From Octopus sinensis (taxonomy: Eukaryota): a stretch of DNA of 64,000 bases. Where the stretch lies: positions 56,110,001 to 56,174,000 of the forward strand of contig NC_043000.1 in NCBI RefSeq assembly GCF_006345805.1, written 5' to 3'. This document shows, piece by piece, positions 13,165 through 24,468 of this stretch. The first letter of the stretch is position 1. Each line of letters begins with the position of its first letter. A model generated the notes under the pieces. The model was not told where the DNA came from. It worked only from the letters and a program-made list of their open reading frames with translations, and searched no databases. A program made the position numbers and the translations under genes.

Positions 13165-13370
13165 CAAGTGGGGTGCTGGAAAGTTCCTGGCTTTGAGGGG
13201 ATCACAAAAGGCACAGCCTTCCAAGTTCTTTCACAGGGCTTAGAAAACCTGAAGGATGGTTGCAATATATGTGTGAATCTGAGAGGTGAATATGCTAAAT
13301 AAAAGCATAATCAACTGATCCTTCTGCATTTGCCATGAGTCAAAGCCAGGAACTTTTCAGCACCCCCTCG
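13165..13370 (+). mobile_element. mariner-derived MITE, copy 2
   Basis: TIRs GGGGTGCTGGAAAGTTCCTGGCTTTG and CAAAGCCAGGAACTTTTCAGCACCCCCTCG, followed by TA. Homologous to 3820-4036. Confidence 0.85.
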
Positions 13371-13714
13371 TATATGTGCATATATGTGTGTGTGCGTGTG
13401 TGTATATATATATATATATATATACTCTCAACAATTGAGGGTAAAATTAATTAATTATTAATCAATTTCACCAAGTATTCAGTATGCAAAGGGACCATTT
13501 AAGGCGAATTCAAATTATTACATTATATAAAAGGGCTTAGTAAAATAAATTACTTTGGCCGCATACTGAACTCATTAGAAATAGTAGCTAAAAAAACCTT
13601 TTTAAAAACTATTTCTAATACTTAACGGAAAACCTCTCTCATATAGTGTTTGCTCAATTCAACTCACGAAAGTATGGGGGTAAAGACATTAAAAAATCAA
13701 ATGCAAAGGTTATT

Positions 13715-13764
13715 TGAGAACGTACGTTTCAAGATTAGTCACTCGACATTCTATCATCAGCTCA
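13715..13764 (-). ncRNA. Type I hammerhead ribozyme motif, unit 1
   Basis: Reverse complement reads UGAG CUGAUGA [stem II] GAAA CG UA CGU U CUCA, with two 1-nt deletions in stem II relative to the other copies. Confidence 0.65.
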
Positions 13765-14264
13765 GAACTCCTTGGTTTGGATTTGAAAACACTGAAAGTG
13801 GGAGCATACCCTTCGGCTTCTTATCGCTTCTGAAGATCTGCTCGAAATAACAGTGCCAGCAAACTCAAATATGCAAGCGAAGAATTTTCTGCTCTCCCCT
13901 TCCACCAGCGTGGGTTAAAATCAGTAAACACTATGCTTTTTTCGGTAAAATCCGAGGCATTAAATAGAGAGAGATGAATTATAATTTCAACAATTGAGGG
14001 TAAAATTAATAATTATTAATCAATTTCACCAGTATTCAGATGCAAAGGGACCATTTAAGGTGAATTCAAATTATTACATTATATAAAAGGGCTTAGTAAA
14101 ATAAATTACTTGGCCGCATACTGAACTCATTAGAAATAGTAGCTAAAAAACTTTTTTAAAACTATTCTAATACTTAAAGAAACCTCTCTCATATAGTGTT
14201 TGCTCAATTCAACTCACGAAAGTATGGGGGTAAAGACATTAAAAAATCAAATGCAAAGCTTATT

Positions 14265-14316
14265 TGAGAACGTACGTTTCAAGATTAGTCAACTCGACAT
14301 TTCTATCATCAGCTCA
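14265..14316 (-). ncRNA. Type I hammerhead ribozyme motif, unit 2
   Basis: Exact reverse complement of 14507-14558. Confidence 0.7.
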
Positions 14317-14506
14317 GAACTCCTTGGTTTGGATTTGAAAACACTGAAAGTGGGAGCATACCCTTTCGGCTTCTTATCGCTTCTGAAGATCTGCTCGAAA
14401 CTAACAGTGCCAGCAAACTTAGTTTCGAGCAGATCTTCAGAAGCGATAAGAAGCCGAAAGGGTATGCTCCCACTTTCAGTGTTTTCAAATCCAAACCAAG
14501 GAGTTC

Positions 14507-14558
14507 TGAGCTGATGATAGAAATGTCGAGTTGACTAATCTTGAAACGTACGTTCTCA
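14507..14558 (+). ncRNA. Type I hammerhead ribozyme motif, inverted arm
   Basis: Stem I UGAG (14507-10)/CUCA (14555-58). Core CUGAUGA (14511-17). Stem II U-AGA-aau-GUC-gaguu-GAC-uaa-UCU-U. GAAA at 14543-46. Palindromic stem III ACG-UA-CGU. Cleavage triplet GUU, predicted cut after 14554. Confidence 0.7.
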
Positions 14559-14739
14559 AATAACCTTTGCATTTGATTTTTAATGTCTTTACCCCCATAC
14601 TCTCGTGAGTTGAATTGAGCAAACACTATATGAGAGAGGTTTTCTTTAAGTATTAGAATAGTTTTAAAAAAGTTTTTTTTAGCTACTATTTCTAATGAGT
14701 TCAGTATGCGGCAAGTAATTTATTTTACTAAGCCTTTTA

Positions 14740-14781
<42 letters not shown>

Positions 14782-14811
14782 TATATATATATATATATAT
14801 AGATACACACG

Positions 14812-15597
14812 TTGTATCTTTGTGGTACCAGTGCCGGTGGCACACAAGAAAACCATCCGAACGTGGCCGTAGCCAGTACCGCATCGAATGGCCTCCGTGC
14901 TGTGGGCACGTAACAAACACCATCCGATCGTGGCCGTTCGCCAGCCTCATCTGGCACATAAAAACACCATCCGAAGACCCGGCAAGACTAGTCAGGCCAT
15001 AACCCGTGGCCCTTACCTGGGACGTAGTCAGTCCACCTGTGCTTACCTTCCTTCTTGTGACACTTGTGAAGACCTGTTGAGGCAAGTGAAAATCAAAACA
15101 AATCAAAATAGATGAACATCAATGGAATTTGTATCTTTGTGGTACCAGTGCCGGTGGCACGTGGCACACAAGAGAACCATCCGAACGTGGCCGTAGCCAG
15201 TACCGCATCGACTGGCCTCCGTGCTGTGGGCGTAACAAACACCATCCGATCGTGGCCGTTTGCCAGCCTCATCTGGCACCTGTGTCGGTGGCACATAAAA
15301 ACACCATCCGAGCGTGGCCGTCTGCCAGCCTCATCTGGCACCTGTGTCGGTGCAACATAAAAAAACACCATCCGAGCGTGGCCGTTTGCCAGCCTCGTCT
15401 GGCACCTGTGTCGGTGTGGCACATAAAATCACCCACTACACTCTCGGAGTGGGGCGTTAGGAGGGCATCCAGCTGTAGAAACACTGCCAGATCTGACTGG
15501 ACTGGTGCAGCTTTCGGGCTCCCCAGACCCCAGTTGAACCGTCCAACCCATGCTAGCATGGAAAGCGGACGTTAAATGATGATGATGATGATGATGA
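14812..15597 (+). mobile_element. RTE LINE 3' end with 63-bp 3'UTR minisatellite and (GAT)n tail, preceded by a partial duplicate of its 3'UTR
   Basis: 14973-15597 aligns with 57110-57868. 14812-14974 repeats part of the same 3'UTR. Three minisatellite units are present. Confidence 0.85.
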
Positions 15598-15649
15598 TAC
15601 ATGCACACATGCACAAGCACATGTATGCATGCATGTGTGTCTGTATAGT

Positions 15650-15890
15650 CACAAGGCTTTGTGGTTAGGGTGTTGTACTCATGATCATAAGATTGTGGTT
15701 TTGATTCCCAGACCGGTTGTAGCATTGAGTTCTTGAGTAAAACACTTCATCTCATGATGCTCCACTCTAGTCAGCTGGCAAAAATGAGTAACTCTGCAAT
15801 GGACAAGTGCCCCATCTAGTGGAGAATATATATGTTACCAAACCTGAGAAACCAGCCATATGTGTTTATGGCTCAGGAAGGACCTCTGAT
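15650..15890 (+). mobile_element. Decayed tRNA/CORE-like SINE
   Basis: gtggttagggtgttgtactcatgatcataagattgtggttttgattcccagacc...ttcttgagtaaaacacttcatctcatgatgctcc. Related copies at 16970-17165, 61455-61690 and 2275-2420. Confidence 0.65.
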
Positions 15891-15895
15891 CTTTC

Positions 15896-15934
<39 letters not shown>

Positions 15935-16229
15935 GGGTGAGGAAGAGAAGTCATTGTACTGCAGCCATGCTGGAGCACTGTGTAGGATTTTAATCGAATG
16001 AATTGATTCCAGTATTAATTTTGCTTTTCAGCCTGGTACTTAATCTATCAATCTTTTTTGCCAAACCGCTAAGTTACTGGAATGTAAACAAACCAACACT
16101 ACCTGTCAAGTGGTGGTAGGAGACAAACACAGACACACACATACATGTATGTACACACGCACATACATATATATACATATCTATACACACATATATACAC
16201 ACACGTGTATATAAATGTATAGATACATA

Positions 16230-16269
<40 letters not shown>

Positions 16270-16929
16270 CATATGTATCTATACATATGCATGTATGTCT
16301 TTATATGTGTGTATTCTTTAGCTGGTTAATTTTTTTCTTTCATTTTTACATTTTATTCCTTTTTTTATTCCTCTTTTTATTCTCCCTTTTTAGAGTGAAG
16401 GTGTGGGCATGGAATGAGCATCGGGGTGGTGTTGGCGGACAGTTGATAGTCGCATTCTAACTATATAGTTTAAATTTCAAGAATCAATATATTTATGTTG
16501 CAATGTAGACTGACTCTGATGCAAATAACTGTAGTATGGAGAAGAAGAAAAAACGGTCGTTAAATTATGGACAGTTATATTATACACTCCAAGACACACA
16601 CGTGTACATACAGAACCATTCACCCTCACATAGACTCTTTTTCAATCATTTGCTCTTGCTCATACAGCGACATTCTCTTTCACACGCATGCAGACATTTG
16701 CTTGCAGCTAAACACATGCATGTACACTCACTAACTTTTTACCCCTTACACACTAATGCATAAGTATAGACACAGAGACATATATGCATAAACGTACACA
16801 CACACTTTTGTATGTATATAAACAAACTGTACAGTTCTAAAATGCCCAGAATTGCAGAAATAACCCAAGCCCTCAGTAATATCAGATGTGTTGCTGTAGT
16901 GTCTCCTTGCACTTGGATTAGTCTTTTAA

Positions 16930-16963
<34 letters not shown>

Positions 16964-16967
16964 TATA

Positions 16968-17161
16968 TGGAGGTGCATGGCTTAGTGGTTAGGGTATCAG
17001 CATCATGATCGTAAGATTGTGGTTTTGATTCCTGGACCAGGCGACACGTGTTCTTGAGCAAAACACTGCGATGGCCTAGCATCCCGTCCAGCTGCGGAAC
17101 ACACATGCCATTGAAACAGGGAAACCAGGCCCATGAGCCTAGCTAGGCTTTCAAAGGGTGC

Positions 17162-17165
<4 letters not shown>
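16968..17165 (+). mobile_element. tRNA-derived SINE with gatggcctagcatcccgtccagc 3' module
   Basis: A box tggcttagtggttagg and B-box-like ttgattcc. The 3' module is shared with about 54985-55090 and the reverse complement of 38745-38830. (ATT)n tail. Confidence 0.7.
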
Positions 17166-17207
<42 letters not shown>

Positions 17208-17566
17208 TATATACACACACACGTATTGGCCAATTGTCTTCTACTAATGCACAGGGCCATCAAGGCCGTGGGGAAAGATTTGGTTGATAATTACTATGCC
17301 TGCTACAGCCTAATGATACCAACTAGCAATACCAATTTTTGGGGGTCACACAAATTTGTGCCGATACAATGAAGGATAAATATAGTAATAATGATAATAA
17401 TCCTTGGATGGAATTTATAAATATTTTGATGCATCGCTACACACATTTCCACAAATCACATGTTCCTTAAGATCAGAGTCCATATTCTTGGGATGATAAT
17501 AATTTTATTATTACTATATATATATATATATATATATATATCTATATATATATATATATATATATA

Positions 17567-17978
17567 GGTGTAGGAGTGGCTGTGTGGTAAGTAACTTGCT
17601 TATGAACCACATGATTCTGGGCTCAGTCCCACTGCATGGCACCTTGGGCAAGTGTCTTCTACTTATAGCCTTGGGCTAACCAAAGCCTTGTGACTGGATG
17701 TGGTAGACGGAAACTGAAAGAAGCCCATCATATATATGTATATATATATATATGTATGTGTGTGTATATGTTTGTGTGTCTGTGTTTGTCCTCACAACAT
17801 CGTTTGACAACCGATGCTGGTGTGCTTACGTCTCTGTAACTTAGCGGTTTGGCAAAAGAGACCGATAGAATAAGTACTAGGCTTACAAAGAATAAGTCCT
17901 GGGGTCGATTTGCTCGACTAAAGGTGGTGCTGCAGCATGGCCACTGTCAAATGATTGCAACAAGTAAAAGAGTAAAAG
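17567..17978 (+). mobile_element. Abundant SINE family with internal (TA)/(TG) microsatellite
   Basis: ggtgtaggagtggctgtgtggtaag...caccttgggcaagtgtcttctact...gaaactgaaagaagcccatc[(TA)n(TG)n]...gaataagtcctggggtcgatttg...aagtaaaagagtaaaag. Further copies or fragments at about 19170, 23880, 26355, 29010, 31113, 31976 (-), 35575, 36270, 47040 (-), 48575 and 51340 (-). Confidence 0.85.
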
Positions 17979-18789
17979 CGATTAAATATGGGGCTGATGC
18001 AGAACTTTTAGGTTTTCATTCAACCTGATGGAAGTACACCTATTAGTACTTGAAATCGTTACTCTCTTGTAAAATTAATAAATGCACTGGCTGTTAAATG
18101 ATGATGATAATGATGATGATGTCCAATGTAATTTAAGTTATACTATGTTTCAGTCAGGGGGAAAAATGGAATAGTCATGACTGAAACACCTTTAATTCTA
18201 GATTTCTATAATCAGAGCTAACCTGAGACAACTACAACAAGACAAACCAGTTGTCCCAATAGTAACACCTAATTTTGAAACAATTTTATTGTTGCAATAG
18301 GCAAACTACACTTCTAAAATTATCATCACGCCAATTTTCAGATTCATATATGTTTTAAAATTGGTTGTTTCATTTGGGATGCCCTATATTTGTGTCTTGA
18401 CAAGGATAATGCAATAAATCATGCAAGAAAGAATTGACAGTCAAGACTCTCATTGTGATTATTCATTTGTGGTTGAAGACACCTTAATAAGTATTGTTTC
18501 CTTTGCTAATTAAATTGCTGACATTTCTATAGTCGGTATTTATAGAAACCATAATATAAGTATTATATATTTGTCAGCATTCCTAGTTGTTGTTGTTCAG
18601 GTCCAAATTAGCTTTGAATGAAGAGACATATGATGAAATACATTACAGCTATAATTATCCTGCTGTTTTTTTTTGTTTTTTTTTAGGTAAAACTAGGACC
18701 AAATTTTCTAATTTGTCCTTTTTTTTTTTTCACAATAGTGGAGTGCAGTTTGGAGGAGACTTGGTTGTTATATTTAGCTGAAACAAGGC

Positions 18790-19015
18790 AGTGAGCTAGC
18801 AGAAACATTAGCGTGCCAGGTGAAATGCTTAGTGGTATTTCGTCTGCCATTATGTTCTGAGTTCAAATTCTGCCGAGGTCGACTGTGCCTTACATCCTTT
18901 CGGGATTGATAAATAAAGTACCAGTTATGCACTGGGGTTGATGTAATCGACTTAATCCCTTTGTTTGTTATTGTTTGTTCCCTCTATGTTTAGCCACTTG
19001 TTGGCAATAAAGAAA
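18790..19015 (+). mobile_element. SINE of the ggcgagctggcagaa family, diverged copy
   Basis: Aligns with the intact copy at 60841-61073. Confidence 0.8.
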
Positions 19016-21779
19016 TATATATTTGGCTGAAACCATACAGAGAATGGCTTTTTCATCACTATCCTGTGGTATACTTGTGTGACATACATAATCTATTGGC
19101 ATGCCTTGGGTTTTGAAAATAGATTAGTAAATGTCAGAATACTTAGAAAGCTGAGATGTTGGGCAAACTTCTTCTAGTATAGCCCAAGGTTGACAAATAT
19201 CTCATGAGTGAATTTGGTAGATGGAAGCATGGAAGCCCATAACGTATAAGTGCGGGGATGTATGTGTGTGAGTTTATACTTGTGTTTGTCCTCACTACTG
19301 TTTGACAACTAGTGTTAGTTTGTTAACATTCCTGTAACTTAGCATTTCAGCAATAGCGATGAATAGATTAAGTACTAATTAAGTACTGGGGTTAATTTGT
19401 TTGACTAAATCCTTCAAGGTGATGCCCCAGCATAACCACAGTCCAATAACTGAAACAAGTAAAAGATAAAAAGATAACCAGGACTCCTATCGGTCAAGGA
19501 TGGCTCTGTGTCTATATCTATATATGCAAACTTGTTTTTTTTGTGTGTGGAAGATTAACAATTGGCCATCAATGTGAGTCTCTCACCTTCACAGTACCAG
19601 TGTTGATCAAGGGTAAGGTTATTCTTAAAAGCTGATACAGCTTGGTTCCAGTGTCATAACAGGGGTGATCACCATTAGAACACGAAGAGTATCATGTCCA
19701 ATAGTTTGTCATTTCTACCAATCCACTACTTTGGATTGGTATTATTTTATTACCACCAAAATGAGGAATGGTGAAGTTAACCTCCACTGAACTGTTAAGT
19801 TATGGGGACGTAAACAAACCAACACTGGTTGTCAAGTGCAGTGGGGAGCAAACACAAAGGTGCACACACATAGGTATAGACACACATGCACACACACAAG
19901 CAGGGAGAGAGAGAGAGAGAGAGAGGAAGAAAGAAAGAAAGAAAAAAAGAAAGAAATGGCAGGCTTCTTTCTGCTTCTGTCCACCAAATCTACTCACAGG
20001 GCTCTGTTCAGCTTGGAGCTATAATAGAAAACACTTATCTGAGATGCAGTACAGTGGGACTGAACCCAAGACCGCAGGGTTGCAAAACCAGCTTTCTAAT
20101 CATCCATCCTTACCTGCCTTACCTGCATCTATAATATGCGCTTCTAATATGTGCCCGTCTTTGCATACAATATGCATATTTTCACCAGATCTTTAAGCCC
20201 AAATGTTAGAGGTGTGCATTATACACATAAATAAATAAATAAATAAATAAATAAACGTTAGCTATTTTTCCATGTCAAATGCATTCTCATGTAAGGATGG
20301 CATACTGAAACAGAAGTTAGCTTATTGTTATATCCATTGTCTAAGTTAACCAATGTGTAATGAAGGGTTTAAATCATTATATGGTGGAAATGCATGGTGG
20401 CAATGACATTTTACAGATAGTGTACATGCTGTTTATAATTTCATTTGTTGTCATCGTTATTGGTGTTTTTTGCTTCCTCCCTACTGCAAATTTTTATTTT
20501 CTCATTCTTTCTGGAACAATCTTTGAAGCTCATTAACATTAAGCATAATGAGCAATAAATGGGAAAGACAAAAGGGAGAGAGAGCAAGAAAGAAAAGAAA
20601 CCGCAAATGATAGACACAGAGAGATAGAGAGAGAGGGAGGCACACACAGAGCAACAAATAACTATAACAACAAGCCTCGAAATGCATTATGTCTTTAAAA
20701 ACAAAATGTAAAAAAAAAAAAAAAAAAGAAAAAATTAAAAGTAACCCCATTTTCTCCCCAACCCTGAAATAACGAGATTGACACAGATTTTAATTATAAC
20801 TAAATATTTCATTTCAAATATAATTCTCGGCAAGAAATATTAATGTTAAATTTCATGCTTCCATTGCAATTAATTGTTAGTCAAGTTTTAAGAGGAGGAG
20901 TTAGGGCGGTTGGTCGGGTAGATATGATGCATAGGGTGGATGGAAGATTATTATCCCACCACCCAACCAGCCACCCAGCCACCCCAGTTGGAAAGGCTCT
21001 AAATTTCGACTTGTTTATTTGTCATTATTTGTTTACTTGTATTTTCGAGAATGCATTTTTTTGTTTTGGTTTTTAGTTATACGTTGTCTTTTTCCATTAT
21101 TCCTTGTATATTTTTCTTTATTTTTCCTTCTGCCAATGAGCGAGATGGCACAGAAGGACGAGGAGGTAGTAGCGGAGGAGGGTGATTATAAATAGAAGAG
21201 GTCATTTTTATCTGGGTTGTTTTCATTCAATAATTTTTATATATATTTTTGCTGTTTATTTTTTTCATTTTTTTTCTTTCTCTTTTTCTATATTATGAGG
21301 AAGGAATTATGGACGGAAAAAAGGAAGGAGCAAAATTGTTTTAAATGTTAAAAGAGTAAAAGAGTTCAATTTGTCATTTTTGCATTTGATTTTGCTTTTG
21401 GATAATTTTTTTTGTCCTTGCCTATTTTTATTATTATTGTTGTTATTATTGTTATTACCACCATCACCATTACCATTACCATCACCATCATTGTCGTTGT
21501 TGTTGTTATTATTATTATTATTATTATTATTTTGCAAATGAAAAAATGTAAAACATTTCCACCAAAAATTCCCACCAATGAAATCAAAGAATTGATGGAG
21601 ACAAAATATTCACTGAACAAACCAATTAGGCAGAGTAACATGCCAAAGATCATTGCTGGCCTTTTTTTTTTCTTTCTCCCTCTCTATTTTTACTTCCTTT
21701 TTCCTTTTTTGGGGGGGTTTGTGTGTTTGTTTCTTTTTTTTCTTTTGATGGGGAGGTGGTTAATTGCTTAAAAGCTCTG

Positions 21780-22282
21780 GGTATTCAGCAGCAACAGCAC
21801 CAAGGATGATGACAACAACAACAACAAACAACAGCAAGTGCAGCAAATAACTTCAGAAACATTTCAAACTTCAGGGAAATTTCTTTCACTACCTTCTTAG
21901 TAATTTTCATGATAATCAGCCCTTCCTCTTCCTTCTCCTCCTCCTCCTCATCATCATCATCATCATCAGTCTCTGCATTATCAATGGCATCATCAGCATC
22001 GACATCATCATCATCTCTGACTCCATTTCTATTATTAAACCACCTCCTCCACATCATTATCATTATGATCACCACCACCATCACCATCATCATCATATCA
22101 CCAGAAGCAGCAGCATCACCACCAGCACCTCCGTCATCACCACACCACCACTACCACTATCATCATCACCATCAACAGCATCATCAGCAGCAGCATTATC
22201 AACATCTTCATTATCATTATAGTTACCATACTTATCATTCTCAATCAGATCATTACTATAATTACCTGCATCATCATTGAAC

Positions 22283-22313
<31 letters not shown>

Positions 22314-23260
22314 CTGTCTTCTTAATTATCAACATCATCATTATCCACATCATCAGTGTGTTTAAACGTTACTGCTAATGTCATTACCATTACACTAGCC
22401 TTCATCTCCACCTCTTCATCCAACTCATCAATGTTGTTATCATCAGCATCATTATTGTCATCGCCTCCATAATTATCATCTTCTCTAACCTAGTTATCAT
22501 GACAATCATCATCATCATCATCATCATCACTACTATTAACCACAACAACCACAACTATCATTGTTGCTGTCACTACTGCCACCACCATAATGACGACAAC
22601 GGCGATGATGATGGTCATCATCGTCATCATTATCATCATCATCATCAACATCGTCGTCGTCATCATCATCAACATCGTCGTCATCATCATCATCAACATC
22701 GTCGTCATCATCATCATCATCATCAATATCGTCGTCATCATCATCATCAACATCGTCGTCGTCGTCATCATCATCATCAACATCGTCGTCGTCATCATCA
22801 ACATCGTCGTCGTCATCATCATCAACATCGTCATCGTCATCATCATCATCAACAAAAACTATAGTTATGGTCACCAGAATCATCACAACCACTTGTGATG
22901 ATATTACTACCATCATCATCAAAAGGATCACCTAACTAGTTCTGTTTTACTACTCCCTCTCTCTCTCTCTTTCTCTCTCACAGTGTGGTCATCCTCTTAC
23001 AGCACCCTATTTCAGGTTTTTGAAACAATAAACATAATAAACATATCCAAGCGCTATTTCTCCAATTAACAGATTGCTGTTAAGTACACAAACGTAATCT
23101 CCAAACTGATCGTTTTGTCACTTCTGAGAGTTTTTATTTGCATATTATTAATTACATTCCTAAACTGCAACCCTTCTTTACCTGCTGTCACCAGCACCAG
23201 CACCACCACTATTACTTCCACCACCATCACCAACAATAACAACAATACAACTACCATTGG
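21780..23260. repeat. Extended (CAT/CAC/CGT/CAA)n trinucleotide low-complexity domain
   Basis: About 1.1 kb of near-continuous triplet repeats up to ~22920, resuming at ~23190. It produces the poly-His, poly-Asp, poly-Met and poly-Ile ORFs. Confidence 0.95.
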
Positions 23261-24184
23261 TGCCAGTACCATTATCCAATCATGGCTAGCATTCTAAATT
23301 TCATTAAGTGATTACTTGAACATAAGTAGCAATGTCTGCATTCCGTTGATCTCATCCACTCCATATATCATAGCCCTTTTTTTCAAAAAACTCACACACA
23401 CACACACACACACATATACATATATATGTGTGTGTGTGTGTATATGTGTATGTGTATATATATATATATGTATTTGTGTATATGTGTATATAATGTGTAT
23501 GCATATATATATATAATATATAATATATATATATATATATGTATATGTGTGTATGTGTATATTTTGTATGTATGTGGGTATGCATGCATGTGTGTGTATA
23601 TGTATATATGTATGTGTGTATGTATATGCATGTGTGTATGTATGCATGTAAGTGCGTGTATATATGTATGCATGTATGTATTATGTAATTAAACAGTTAA
23701 TGATTTGCTAGAGCATTACTTGAAGTGTGACGCCAATATGATATGCAACTATGTTCTCTCAGAACATACCTTATAAACCATACAGAATGAACTGACTGCT
23801 CTTTGTGTCATTTGTAGGAATAAATGCATGTATACATGTAAATGTGTGTGTGTACATGTGTATGTGTGCGTGAGAGAGAGAGTTCCCAACCATGTGGTTC
23901 TGGGCTCATTCCCACTGGGTGCCACTTTGGATTAGTGTTCTACTATAGCCGCTAACCCTGGCCAACCAAAAGCCTTGTGGGTGGATTTGGTACATGGAAA
24001 CTGAAACAAGCCCATTGTGTGTTTGTGTGTTTGTGTCTCCTTATCTTTACATTGTATGATAGTTGTGAATAAGTGTCACTGTCATATATATATATATATT
24101 ATATATATATTATATATATTATATATAGGTAGTTAGAAATAAAATAGATAGATAGATAAATAGAAATATATATATATATATATA

Positions 24185-24303
24185 TCACGTGACCACGTGA
24201 CCGACCAGGCTATCAGATATTGCTACACATCGCTGGTCACAATGCGCTTCGCATTGTTTAAGCCTTCAAATGACGCCACCCCGCTGGCTAAGTGAGCAGG
24301 CCA
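24185..24303 (-). mobile_element. 3' fragment of the SINE family at 216-513
   Basis: Reverse complement of the 3' part of that SINE (about 385-500). Confidence 0.85.
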
Positions 24304-24313
24304 ATATATATAT

Positions 24314-24468
24314 ATATACTTTTTATTAAAGTTGCAAAATTATCACAGAACTGTTACTCAGAGTTTCATGTTCCCATTTGTCAGACAGTTATGATGTTCA
24401 ACAAATGGGAACGTGAAACACTGAATAACTGTTCTGTGATAATTTTGCAGCTTTAATAAAAAGTATAT
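24314..24468. repeat. Hairpin: ~68-bp arms, 19-nt loop
   Basis: atatactttttattaaagttgcaaaattatcacagaac...cccatttgt pairs with acaaatgggaacgtgaaac...ctttaataaaaagtatat. Confidence 0.95.

Larger units (their letters stand above)
13425..14743. mobile_element. ~555-bp hammerhead-bearing repeat: one full unit, one partial direct unit and one inverted partial unit (retrozyme or Penelope-like candidate)
   Basis: tcaacaattgaggg starts at 13428 and 13987 (period 559). 14420-14743 is the reverse complement of about 14078-14403. Flanked by (TA)n. Confidence 0.8.

Noticed and set aside
19610-19655. Small minus-strand exon FKNNLTLDQHWYCE, phase-compatible with the 12724 exon
   Set aside because: The donor is good but the acceptor lacks a pyrimidine tract and overlaps SINE-like sequence. 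It is too short to distinguish from chance.
21785-22931. Poly-His, poly-Asp and poly-Met ORFs as genes
   Set aside because: Overlapping ORFs in most frames arise from stop-free triplet repeats, and no splice or domain evidence supports them.
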